DNA of 61,682 bases, the filler included, from Actinomycetota bacterium (GTDB lineage: Bacteria > Actinomycetota > Acidimicrobiia > IMCC26256 > VFJJ01), in assembly GCA_009886115.1 (NCBI GenBank). It is 5 parts of 5 records of this genome, joined end to end, with 100 filler letters (N's around TTAATTAATTAA, not from the genome) between each part and the next. Parts side by side here need not be neighbours in the genome. Positions count along the whole stretch, not along the records: positions 19,941 to 27,488 come from VFJJ01000028.1; positions 27,589 to 39,971 come from VFJJ01000205.1; 3 more parts are not named here. The stretch is one strand, 5' to 3'. The notes below the pieces were generated by a model, which was given only the letters and a program-made list of their open reading frames with translations, was not told the DNA's origin and did no database searches. Below are positions 19,944 to 30,114 of the stretch, in pieces. Every line of letters starts with the position of its first letter. Within the stretch, counting starts at the first letter, position 1. The translations under genes were made by a program, and so were the position numbers.

Positions 19944-22900
19944 ATGTTGCGGTCGGGGACGTACACCGTTGTCTTCACCGACCTCCGGGGCTCGACCGAG
20001 CTGCGGGTGCGGATGGGCGACGTCGCGTTCGACGAGCTGCGCCGCCGCCACGACACGGTGCTGGCCGAGGCGGTCACGGCGCATAAGGGCGAGCTCGTGA
20101 AGTCGTTGGGCGACGGGATCTTCGCCGTGTTCAGCGGTGCCGTCGATGCGCTCGACGCCGCGGTGGCGATGCACCAGGGCATCGGCGCTCTCAACCTGGG
20201 TGCGCCCACCCCGCTCGACCTGGCCATCGGGATCTCGGCCGGTGACGTCGCTGTCGAGGGCGACGACGTGCACGGCACGCCGGTGGTCGAAGCGTCCCGG
20301 CTGTGTGCAGCTGGTTATAGGGGCCAGATCGTGGCGTCCGACGTCGTGCGGGTGCTGGCCGGCTCCCGGGGCGGCCATCGCTTCGAGCCCATCGGCGACC
20401 TGTCGCTCAAGGGCCTGCCCGAGCCGATCCGGGCCTCAACGGTGTTGTGGGAGCCGGTGCGGGCCGAGCCGGCCGGTACACAAGGCCGGTTCTACGCCCC
20501 CGAGGTCGCCGCCCTGGCCCGCGCGGGCTTCGTCGGACGGGCGGCCGAGCACGAGCGGCTCGTCATGCGCTACAAGGAGGTCGCGGCTGGCGGCTCGGCC
20601 TGCGTGCTGCTCGCCGGCGAGCCCGGGATCGGCAAGACCCGGCTCAGCTGCGAGGTGGCGGCGATGGCCCACGCCGACGGGGCGACGGTCCTCTTCGGCG
20701 GCTGCGACCTCGACGCCGGCGTCGCCTTCCAACCCTGGGCCCGGGCGTTCGGCGCCTACTGCAGCGCGACCGATCCGGACGTGCTGCGCGACCAGCTCGG
20801 CGTGCTGGGCGGTGAGCTCGCCCGCATCGTCCCGGCCATCGGGGCCCGGGTCACCGATCTCCCCGCAGCGCTGCACTCCGACCCCGAGAGCGATCGTCTG
20901 CGCCTGTTCGAGGCGGCGGCCGAGCTGCTCGGCGCAATCGGCCGCGAGGCCCCGGTCGTGGTGCTGCTCGACGACCTGCACTGGGCCGACAAACCGTCGT
21001 TGCTGTTGCTGCGTCACGTGCTGCGCTCTGGGATGGCCGGCGTGCTCGTGGTCGGCACGTACCGCGACACCGACCTCGACCGGTCGCATCCGCTCTCGGG
21101 TGTGCTGGCCGATCTGCGTCGGGCCGACGCGTTCGAGCGGGTGTCCCTGGGCGGCCTCGAACGTGACGACGTGGCCGACTTCCTACGGTTCGTCTCCGGT
21201 CACGATCTCGACGCCGACGGCGAGAGGTTGGCCCGCGCTGTGTTCGTCGAGACCGACGGGAACCCGTTCTTCCTCGGCGAGATGGTGCGCCACCTCGTGT
21301 CGTCGGCTGCGGTGGTACACGACGGTACCCGGTGGGTGCTGGCCGAGAGCGCCCGTGACCTCGGAGCCGTCGGCCTCCCCGAGGGCATCCGTGAGATGGT
21401 CGGCCGGCGCCTGTCGTCGTTGTCGCCCATGGCCAACGACGTGCTGGCCGTGGCCGCCGTCGCCGGGGCCCGGTTCGAGGCGGCGATCGTCGCCACCGCG
21501 ATGAACGCGCCCGTCGACGACGTGCTCGACGCGCTCGACGAGGCGGTGCAGGCCCGGATCGTCGTCGAGCTTCCCGAGCCCGGCCGCTACGGCTTCGCCC
21601 ACGCGCTCGTACGTCAGACCCTCGACGCCGAGCTCAGCGTTGCCCGCCGCACCCGCTGGCACCGCGCCATCGGCCATGCGCTCGAGGCCGCCCTCGAGGT
21701 CGCGCCGGCCGGGGACCGCAGGCTCATGGGTGAGCGGATGGGCGTCAGCGCGTCGGCGGAAGGGGCGTCGGGCGACAGGGTCGTTGTCGCCAACATGGCC
21801 GGCGACCGGGTGGCCGAGCTGGCCCGGCACTTCGCAGCCTGCGCGGCGGTCGGGGAGGGCGACCGGGCGCTGCGATACCTGGGGATCGCCGCCGAGCAGG
21901 CTCGGAGGGAGCTGGCCTTCGAGGAGGCCGCCGCGCTCTACGCACGCGCGCTCGACGTCACCGACCTCGTCGACGCCGACGCGCTGGTGCGGTGCGACCT
22001 CATGACCGCTCGAGGAGAGGCGCTGCGTCTCGCCGCCGATCCGAGCCACCGACGGCTGCTCCTCGACGCGATCGCGCTGGCCGGGGACGACGGCCACCGG
22101 CTGGCTGCCATCGCCACGGCGCTCAACCCCGGCGATGCCGTGGGTACCTTCCACGGTGTCGACCACGACGTGCTCGACCTGTGCGAGCAGGCGTTGGTGG
22201 CGCTGGGTCCCGGTGACTCCACCGACCGGGCCCGCATGCTGGCCCTGATCGGCGTCGAGCTCAGCACCGCGCCCGACCTCGCCGGTGGCCAGCGGGGCCA
22301 GGCCGCGGCCCGGGAGGCGCTGGCCATGGCCCGCAGGCTCGGCGACGACCGCTGCCTCGGCCAGGTGCTCACGGGGTTCTGGAACGGCCAGCACGGGCCC
22401 GACACGTTCGACGAGCTCCCCCTCGTCGCCGCCGAGCTCGAGCGGTTGGCCGACGCCCTGGGTGACGCGCAGCTCCGTCTGGCCGGAACCAGCGCCGGTA
22501 TCTCAGCTGCCCTCGAGAGGGGCGAGATCGACCGGGCACTGGACATCTGCGCCCGCCACGCCGAGCTGGCCGACCGCCTCCACAGCGGGCTGGAGCAGTG
22601 GCGGGCCGGATTCACCAGGGTGGGCGTGGCCATACACCGCCTCCAGCTCGCCGGGTCGGTGAACGCGATCGACGCCGTCGCCGACGCTGCGCTCGCCGCG
22701 GGGGTCAGCCCGTCGCTCGTCGAGGGCGTGCGCTCCGGCGGTCGATCCCAGCTCGAATCCTGCACATCGCCGGCGTCGCTTCCGGCCCTTCTGGACGCCG
22801 TCGAGAGCGTCGCTCGGGCCATGCCGGGTCTCCGCTCGTTCTGGGCGGCCGCCGCCGACGTGGCGCTCAACCTCGGCGACGTCGATCGGGCCCGGCACGA

Positions 22901-23366
22901 CCTGCTCCAGGTCACCGAGAACCGCTTTGCCGACTGGCCCCGGAGCTTCTGGTGGACGGCGTTCGTGACCTACACCACGATGGTCGCCGCCCGCCTGGGC
23001 GACGTCGAGGTCTGCGACGCGGCGTGGGTCCTCCTGCGACCGTGCTCCGGTCAGTACACCCTGGCGGCGGCGCCGGGCTTCCCCGTCGACTCCGCGCTCG
23101 CCGCCGCCGCCTCGGTGACCGGGCGTCACGACGAGGCCCGGTGGTACTTCGAACGGGCCCTCACCCAGTGCGCCACGGCCGGTCTGGCCTGCGAGCTCGT
23201 GGTCACCCGGATCGCCTACGCCGAGGCCCTCCTCCGCCTGCCGGCCCCCACCCCCGCCGACCGCACGAAGGCGCATGAGCTCCTCGCCGCAGCCCACGAA
23301 CGGGCCACGACCGCGGGCGCCCTCGTGCTCGCCCAACGCGCCGAGCGCGTGATGGCCCGCCTGTAG
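19944..23366 (+). CDS. class III adenylate/guanylate cyclase-AAA (STAND) ATPase-TPR protein (5' end may be truncated)
   Basis: VFTDLRGST, VKSLGDG, GTPVVEASRL, LKGL; GEPGIGKT, LLDDLHWAD, GNPFFL, FAHALVR. Confidence 0.88.
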   Translation: MLRSGTYTVVFTDLRGSTELRVRMGDVAFDELRRRHDTVLAEAVTAHKGELVKSLGDGIFAVFSGAVDALDAAVAMHQGIGALNLGAPTPLDLAIGISAGDVAVEGDDVHGTPVVEASRLCAAGYRGQIVASDVVRVLAGSRGGHRFEPIGDLSLKGLPEPIRASTVLWEPVRAEPAGTQGRFYAPEVAALARAGFVGRAAEHERLVMRYKEVAAGGSACVLLAGEPGIGKTRLSCEVAAMAHADGATVLFGGCDLDAGVAFQPWARAFGAYCSATDPDVLRDQLGVLGGELARIVPAIGARVTDLPAALHSDPESDRLRLFEAAAELLGAIGREAPVVVLLDDLHWADKPSLLLLRHVLRSGMAGVLVVGTYRDTDLDRSHPLSGVLADLRRADAFERVSLGGLERDDVADFLRFVSGHDLDADGERLARAVFVETDGNPFFLGEMVRHLVSSAAVVHDGTRWVLAESARDLGAVGLPEGIREMVGRRLSSLSPMANDVLAVAAVAGARFEAAIVATAMNAPVDDVLDALDEAVQARIVVELPEPGRYGFAHALVRQTLDAELSVARRTRWHRAIGHALEAALEVAPAGDRRLMGERMGVSASAEGASGDRVVVANMAGDRVAELARHFAACAAVGEGDRALRYLGIAAEQARRELAFEEAAALYARALDVTDLVDADALVRCDLMTARGEALRLAADPSHRRLLLDAIALAGDDGHRLAAIATALNPGDAVGTFHGVDHDVLDLCEQALVALGPGDSTDRARMLALIGVELSTAPDLAGGQRGQAAAREALAMARRLGDDRCLGQVLTGFWNGQHGPDTFDELPLVAAELERLADALGDAQLRLAGTSAGISAALERGEIDRALDICARHAELADRLHSGLEQWRAGFTRVGVAIHRLQLAGSVNAIDAVADAALAAGVSPSLVEGVRSGGRSQLESCTSPASLPALLDAVESVARAMPGLRSFWAAAADVALNLGDVDRARHDLLQVTENRFADWPRSFWWTAFVTYTTMVAARLGDVEVCDAAWVLLRPCSGQYTLAAAPGFPVDSALAAAASVTGRHDEARWYFERALTQCATAGLACELVVTRIAYAEALLRLPAPTPADRTKAHELLAAAHERATTAGALVLAQRAERVMARL

Positions 23367-23653
23367 CCCCGAGTCCGGGCCCACCGGTAGCCCGAGCGTG
23401 GAGCCCGAGCCAGCGCGGCCCGACCTGGGTTGAAGGCGCGAACAGGGCGGTGAGGGGTGGCCCGCCAGGGCCGGGGTCCTCCACCCGCACCTGGTGGGAT
23501 GGCCGGAGGCCAGGGTCCCGCCAGAAAAAAACAGGTGGCCGGAGGCAGGGGTCCCGCCAGAGACAACTCAGCGTGGCTGAGCCGGAGCGGTCGGTCCTGG
23601 TACGTTCGTCCCTCGGGGGACGTCGAGCGAGATCACACACGAACGGGGTTGCG

Positions 23654-26600
23654 GTGGTTGACGGGCCCATTGCCGAATCCCTTGACCCCTTGCGGGAGCC
23701 GAGCATCGACCCGGCTGCCCCGATCGGCCCGCCTGCTGCGGCCGGCCCGCCTGACACCCCCGACCCCGACTTCGTCGACGACACGGTCGAGCGGCTGGAC
23801 CGGTACGTGCCGCTGGTGGCGTCGGAGTGGGATCTCGACGCCCCGGGCCAGACCTGGCGAGCGGTCGAAGGGACGCTGTGCTTCATCGACATCTCGGGCT
23901 TCACGATGTTGGCCGAGCGGCTCTCGCGCTTCGGCCGCATTGGTGCCGAGGAGCTCACCGAGGTGCTGGCGCGGGTGTTCGGCTCGATGCTCCGGCTGGC
24001 CTACGACCGGGCCGGCAGCCTGCTCAAGTTCGGCGGCGACGCGCTCTTGTTCTTGTTCGTGGGCGACGACCATCCCGTGCAGGCGGCATCGGCCGCGGTC
24101 GAGATGCGAGCCGAGCTGCGCAACGCGTCCCGGATCTCCACGTCGGTGGGGCCGCTGCGCCTGCGGATGTCGGTCGGCATCCACACCGGTACCGTCCATC
24201 TCGTGCGGGTCGGTGGCTCGCATCGCGAGTTGCTGATCACCGGCCCTGCCGCCACCACGACGACCCAGATGGAGAAGTACGCCGACGCCGGCGAGATCCT
24301 CGTCAGCCCGACGACCGCCAAGCTGTTGCCCCGGGCTGCGGCTGAGCTCGCCAAGGGTCCCGGATGGTTGCTGAGCTGGCGGGCGGCTCGTGGCGTGGGG
24401 CCGGGTCCGTTGCTGCGCGCCGACATCGACGCCGAGACCATCGCCAGCCACCTCCCTCGATTGCTGCGCGATCATCTCGGCCACGGCACCGCCGAGTCCG
24501 AGCACCGCATGGCCACCATCGCCTTCCTCCGCTTCGAGGGCGTCGACGCCATCATGGGTTCGACGGGGCCCGCCGCGGTCGCCACCGCCATCGAGCAGGT
24601 CGTCGTGGCCGTCCAGGACGCCGTCGACGCCGAAGGCGTGACCTTCCTGGCCACCGACATCGACGCCGACGGCGGTAAGATCATCCTGGCGACGGGCGTC
24701 CCGTCGGTGCAGGGCGACGACGAGGCGAGGATGCTGCGAGCCCTGCGCCGCATCGCCGACACCCCCACGACGTTGCCCGTGCGCATCGGCGTGCACCAGG
24801 GCCACGTCTTCGCCGGCGAGATCGGCACCGAGTTCCGCAGCACGTTCACGGTCATGGGCGACACCGTGAACCTGGCGGCCCGGCTCATGGCCGCGGCCGC
24901 TCCGGGGGCGATCTATGCGTCGCCGACGGTGCTCGCGGCGTCGAGCACCCTGTTCGCCACCACCGCCCTCGAGCCCTTCCGGGTGAAGGGCAAGTCGGAG
25001 CCGCTGCAGGCGTATGCGCTGGGCCAGATCGTCGGTACCCGCGCCGCCGACGTGCGCCGGGCGCTCCCGTTCGTCGGCCGACGGGAGGAACGCAAGATCC
25101 TCCGCGATGCGATCGTCTCTGCGATCGACGGTTCCGGTCAGGTCGTCGAGGTCTCGGGCCCGACGGGCATCGGCAAGAGCCGTCTGGTGATCGAGGCCCT
25201 CGCCGAGCACCCCGCGCTTGCCGTCCTCAGCTTGCAGGCGGAGTCGTACGGCTCGACCACGCCGTACCGGGCTCTGCGCGACCCCGTGAGGCGGCTGCTG
25301 GGGCTGACGGCGAACGATCCCGAGGCGATGCTGGCGGAGCTCGACGCGGCCCTGCTCGCCATCGACCCCGAGCTCGTGTCGATGAAGGCCCTGATCGGCG
25401 AGCTCGTCCACCTGAGCGTGCCGCTCTCGCCCGAGGTGGCGGCCATCGAGCCGCGCTTTCGCCCCGATCGCATGGTCGACCTCCTCGAGTGGCTGCTCGC
25501 CCACGCCCACCCCGGACCCTTGGCGTTGCTGGTGGAGGACGGGCAATGGCTCGACGACGCGTCGTCGTACCTGCTCCAGCGTCTCAGCGCAGCGCTGGCG
25601 CATCGGCCATGGGTGATGCTCGTGGTCCGGCGTGAGAGTGATGAGGGGTTCGTGCCGGCGAACCGGACGTTGGTCTCCGTCGACGCGTTGTCGGTGGCCG
25701 AGGCGACCGAGCTGCTCGTCGCCGCGACCGATGCGATGCCGCTGCGTCCCCACGACCTCGTCTCGATCGTGCGACGGTGTGACGGCAATCCCCTGTTCCT
25801 GGAAGAGATCGTGGGCGTCGTACGTGGTCGGGGCGGCATCGTCTCGCTCCCCGAATCGCTCGAAGCGGTGGTGAGCGCCCAGATCGACGCCCTCGCGCCC
25901 ACACCCCGCCGGGTCCTGCGGTACGCCGCGGTGCTCGGTCGGAGCTTTCGCACGGTCGTGCTCGACGAGCTCCTGGCGGCTGACCAGCTCGAGCTCGATC
26001 CCGTCACTCGCAGCGTGCTCGACGGGTTCCTCGAACGGACCGACGGCCGGATGCGCTTCCGCCATGCCTTGCTGCGTGACGTCGCGTACGAGGGTCTGTC
26101 GTACCGGCGTCGCCGCGACCTGCATCGGCGGGCGGGTGAGACGACCGAGCGCCTGGCCGGACGCCATCCCGAGAACGTGGCCGCGCTGCTGGCGCTGCAC
26201 GCCTCCCTGGCCGACGACCATGAGCGGGCCTGGCGTTACGGACGCCTGGCGGGTGACCGGGCCCGGGAGGCTTTCGCCAACGAGGAAGCCGTCGAGAGCT
26301 ACGAACGGGCGCTGGCCGCGGCTCGCCGCCTGCCCGAGGTCGCGGCGGCGGACCGGGCCGGGGTCTGGACGGCCCTGGGCGACGCGCGCGAGCAGGCCGG
26401 CATCTTCGACCGGGCACTCGACGCCTACCGGCGGGCCTCGACACTCGTGGGCGATGACCCCGTCGCCCGGGCCGATCTCTTCCTCAAGAGGGCCCGGGCC
26501 CGTGAGCGTTCGGGCGCGTTCGCCCCGGCGCTGGGTGAGATCACACGCGGCGTCTCGGCGCTCGACGGGCTCGCCGCGTCCGAAGCCGGCGCGGCCCGAG

Positions 26601-27488
26601 CGCGGCTGGCGTCGCTCGCCGCCATCGTCCGGCAGGCCCAGGAACGGCCACGCGAAGCTCTCGCCCAGGCGCTGCGGGCCGTCGACGAGTCCCAGCGGGC
26701 CGATGAGCCGGCCGCGCTGGCGCGGGCCTACGGAGTGCTCGACTGGGCCTACCGCTCGTCGGGACGCCACGAGCAGGCGGTGTACGGACCGCAGGCCCTG
26801 GCGATCTACGAGAGGATCGGCGATCTGGCCGGTCAGGCGACGGTCACGGGGAACCTGGGTGTGATGGCCTACTTCGAGGGCCGGTGGGACGATGCGCTCG
26901 AGAGCTACCGCCGGGCCCGTTCGGCGCTGCTGCGGGCCGGGAACGCCGTCCAGGCGGCGCTGACGACGGCCAACATCGGCGAGGTGCTGGTGAACCAGGG
27001 ACGCCTGGCCGACGCCGAGCCGCTGCTGCGGGAGGCGTCGCGGGTGCTGCGGGCCTCGGGTTTCTCCGATGGGGCCACCTTCGCCGAGGTGCAACTGGCC
27101 CGGGTCTTGGCCGATCGGGATTCGGGCACGGGCAACCTCGACGAGGCCGAGCGCCTCCTGCTCCGGGCCTGGGACGACACGACGGCCCGCCACCAGCCGG
27201 CCAGCGCGCTGGAGGCCGCGCTGTACCTGGCCGAGTGCCGCCACCGTCGAGGCGAGCCCGATCGAGCCTTGGAGATCCTCGACGTCTCCGAGCGGGCCGC
27301 CGGCGGCGACGCCGTCTTGTTCTCGGCCGCGCTGGCCCGGGTGAGGGCGGGCGTGCTCGCCGGGCTCGGGCGCCTCGACGAGGCCAGCGACCAGATCGCC
27401 GCGGGACTGGCCGTCGCCCGGGAGCAGGACCTCCCCTACGAGACCGCGATGCTCATCCTCGAAGCGGCCGAGATCGCCCGCCGAGCGG
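23654..27488 (+). CDS. double cyclase domain-AAA (STAND) ATPase-TPR protein with soluble-adenylyl-cyclase-like architecture; 3' truncated
   Basis: FIDISGFT, KFGGDAL, TVMGDTVNLAARLM, VKGK, GPTGIGKS, VEDGQWLD, GNPLFLEE, FRHALLRDVAY, TPR-like repeats; start uncertain; runs into the linker. Confidence 0.88.
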
Positions 27489-27588
27489 NNNNNNNNNNNN
27501 NNNNNNNNNNNNNNNNNNNNNNNNNNNNNNNNTTAATTAATTAANNNNNNNNNNNNNNNNNNNNNNNNNNNNNNNNNNNNNNNNNNNN
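27489..27588. other. artificial contig linker
   Basis: N run with TTAATTAATTAA. Confidence 0.98.
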
Positions 27589-27751
27589 GCTCGACGGCTG
27601 GTGACGAAAGCCCATGAACGGCTCGACGACAAGGGAGACACGAAGCTCCGCGGTCTCCTCGATGCCGGCAACCCCAAGAGCGAGCTCCGCATGGGCTGGC
27701 ATGCCAACGGCCTCCTCGCCACCCTCACACCCCGCTGAAATCCCAAGAGCC
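27589..27751 (+). mobile_element. ISL3-family transposase remnant with right end
   Basis: ARRLVTKAHERLDDKGDTKLRGLLDAGNPKSELRMGWHA joined to LLATLTPR*, then AATCCCAAGAGCC (ISL3 ends read GGCTC..). Confidence 0.65.
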
Positions 27752-27796
27752 CCGTTCCGACCGGAGCCGGGCCTGGGATCGCTCCGTCGGCGACGC

Positions 27797-28996
27797 TCAG
27801 GTGGGCGCGTCGGCCACGAGCCGTTCGACCAGGGTGCGCAAGAGCGCCGAGGTGCGCGTCGGGGCGAAGTCGGCGGCCCGCTCGCGCCCGCGCTCGACCA
27901 TCGCCGTCTGAAGCGGAGCGTCGCCGATCACCCGAGCGACGGCCGCGGCGAACAGTGCGGGTTGCTCGGCGCCCACGAGGAGCCCGGCGGCGCCACGAGC
28001 AGTGCCGCGACCGAGCGTCTCGGGAACGGCCGCCGCGTCGACGGCAACGATCGGGACCCCGTGGTGCATGGCCTCCACGAGCGGCACGCCGAAGCCCTCG
28101 TGGCGTGAGGCGCTGGTGAGCACGTCAGCGCTCAGGTAGTGCGCACACAGCACCGCCGGCGGCACCGATCCGACGATGTCGACCGCTCCGGTGAGACCCA
28201 GGTCGGCCACGAACGCCTCGAGCGCGCTCAGATAGGAGTGCGACGAAGACCCGCCGACGAGATGCAGCCTGGCCAACGGATCGTGGTTGCGCCGGTACAA
28301 CGCCAGGGCCTTCACCAGCTCGTGCTGGGCCTTGTGGGGACTGATCCGCCCGACGAAGAGCCAGTCGGCGCCGCCGCGGTCGCGCTCCCGCTCGAGACGG
28401 CGGAGCGTCGCCGGATCGGGTTCGACGTCGAAGTCGTCGGTGTCGATGATGATGGGAAGCACCGCCGTGGCCCCGAACCCGAGCACCGTGAGCTCGGCTT
28501 CGTTGAACGCGCTGTCGGCCAGGGCCAGCTCGGTCACCGGCGCCAGCTCGGCCAACTGGCGACGGCCCAGGGCCAGCTCGGCGGCCACGTGCGGCTCCCA
28601 CGGCGCGAAGAACAGGTCGGGCGTGATGTTGTGGTAGTCGAGGAGCTTGGGCTCGGGTCGGGCCATCACGAATCCGGCCACGGGGCTCCCGGTGGAGCCC
28701 TGGTACATCAGCCAGGTGCGCGCCCGATCGGCCATGGCGCCACCCGAGCGCGCCGATCCGAACCACGTGGACGGCTGGCGACGGGCCATGGCTGAGAATC
28801 GGTCGCGCGCGCTTGTGTGATCCCTTCCGAACGTTCGGTACGCAGAGCAGCGGCGGCGCACCTCGGGCTGGGCCTCGGACGCGTAGATGGCACTTTCGAT
28901 CCCCATGTCGTGCAACACGCGCTGCACCTGGAGCGTGTGGTGCCCGATCGCGTCGCGCGACGCCAGCGACGGCACGAACTGGTGGATGGCGACCAT
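27797..28996 (-). CDS. glycosyltransferase family 4
   Basis: DAIG, YHNITP, FVGRISPHK, SRHEGFGVPLVEAM. Confidence 0.92.
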   Translation of the reverse strand: MVAIHQFVPSLASRDAIGHHTLQVQRVLHDMGIESAIYASEAQPEVRRRCSAYRTFGRDHTSARDRFSAMARRQPSTWFGSARSGGAMADRARTWLMYQGSTGSPVAGFVMARPEPKLLDYHNITPDLFFAPWEPHVAAELALGRRQLAELAPVTELALADSAFNEAELTVLGFGATAVLPIIIDTDDFDVEPDPATLRRLERERDRGGADWLFVGRISPHKAQHELVKALALYRRNHDPLARLHLVGGSSSHSYLSALEAFVADLGLTGAVDIVGSVPPAVLCAHYLSADVLTSASRHEGFGVPLVEAMHHGVPIVAVDAAAVPETLGRGTARGAAGLLVGAEQPALFAAAVARVIGDAPLQTAMVERGRERAADFAPTRTSALLRTLVERLVADAPT

Positions 28997-29009
28997 GAGC
29001 GCTCCGCCG

Positions 29010-30101
29010 CTACCAGCGTGCCCTGACCGCCGTCACGAGGAACGACGAGGGCGAGAACAGCATCGAACCGAGCCGGGCCAGGTTGGCGTTGAGGATCGTG
29101 GTGGCCTCACCCTTGCCGGGGATGCTCGCCAGCCCGCCGTCGAGATCGGCCAGCCGCACCTCGACGTCGCGAAAGCCCCGAGCCTCGAGCAGGTGCTGCC
29201 ACGTCTCCGGATGCAGCGGACGGCCGGGAGCCAGGTCGGCCTCCACCACCGAACGAGGCATCGCAGCCGGATGCTCAGAGACGATCACCAGACGGGCCCC
29301 GTCGGCCAGGGTCGCCTCGGCGCGATCGACCAGCTCCAGCAGCCCGCCGAGCGGGAGGCGCTCGACGGCACCGCACAGCACGAGCCCACTGAGCACACCG
29401 TCGCCGAGCCGACGGAGGTGCTCGGCCGTGTCGTCGGGGCGGAGATCGAGGCCCGGACGCCGAGCGGTGGCCAGCTGCCCGTGGCAGCCGTCGACCCCGT
29501 AGACGTCGACGCCCGCGGCCTCCAGCCGCTCCACGAACGATCCGTCGCCGGCGTCGGCGTGCAGCACGCGGCCCGTCACGTTCACCAGCAACGCTTCGAC
29601 GTCGTCGGTCCACGGATCGAGCGACGCGGCCCGCTGGCGATGCCGGTCCTCGGCCGAGACCAGGGGCGAGGCGCCGGGCGTGGCCCCCTCGAGCCGGTCG
29701 ACCCGTCGACCCAGGGTGCGCAGGGCCTCGACGACGGTGTGGCCGAAGGCGCTCACCTGCTGGGTGACGAAGCGCAGGTACCACGCCATCAGCTTGCGCA
29801 GCACCCGTTTCACCAGCCCGACCCCGGGCAGGTTCGAGGCCGTCGGCACGTCGAGATCGACGAACCAGGAGCTGTCGGCCCGAGCGACGAGGGCGTCGAA
29901 GTCGGTCCCGGTTGCTCCCGCGGGAGCGAACCGGGCGAACAGCAGGTCGAGGTCGCGCTCGACGGCGGGAGGCAACTCGCCGCTGGCCCGTTTGCGAGCG
30001 ACGTCGTCCTCGAGCTCGGCGACGACGCGAGCCAGGTCGAGCGGCGGCCCCGTCGGCCCCGAGGCGGCCGTCGGAGGGGGGGAGGGCTCGGTGGCCGTCA
30101 C
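29010..30101 (-). CDS. class I SAM methyltransferase-like protein with N-terminal coiled coil (candidate glycan chain terminator)
   Basis: VKRVLRKLMAWYLRFVTQQVSAF coil, RVLHADAGDG, VYGVD, VERL, RPLHPETW; directly after wzt. Confidence 0.7.
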   Translation of the reverse strand: MTATEPSPPPTAASGPTGPPLDLARVVAELEDDVARKRASGELPPAVERDLDLLFARFAPAGATGTDFDALVARADSSWFVDLDVPTASNLPGVGLVKRVLRKLMAWYLRFVTQQVSAFGHTVVEALRTLGRRVDRLEGATPGASPLVSAEDRHRQRAASLDPWTDDVEALLVNVTGRVLHADAGDGSFVERLEAAGVDVYGVDGCHGQLATARRPGLDLRPDDTAEHLRRLGDGVLSGLVLCGAVERLPLGGLLELVDRAEATLADGARLVIVSEHPAAMPRSVVEADLAPGRPLHPETWQHLLEARGFRDVEVRLADLDGGLASIPGKGEATTILNANLARLGSMLFSPSSFLVTAVRARW

Positions 30102-30114
30102 GCTGGCCGCCGCA

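Noticed and set aside
23633..27244. 1203-aa minus-strand ORF and other long antisense ORFs (431-2437, 43805-46024, 53990-57325)
   Set aside because: Shadow frames of well-supported genes in high-GC DNA with no recognisable motifs
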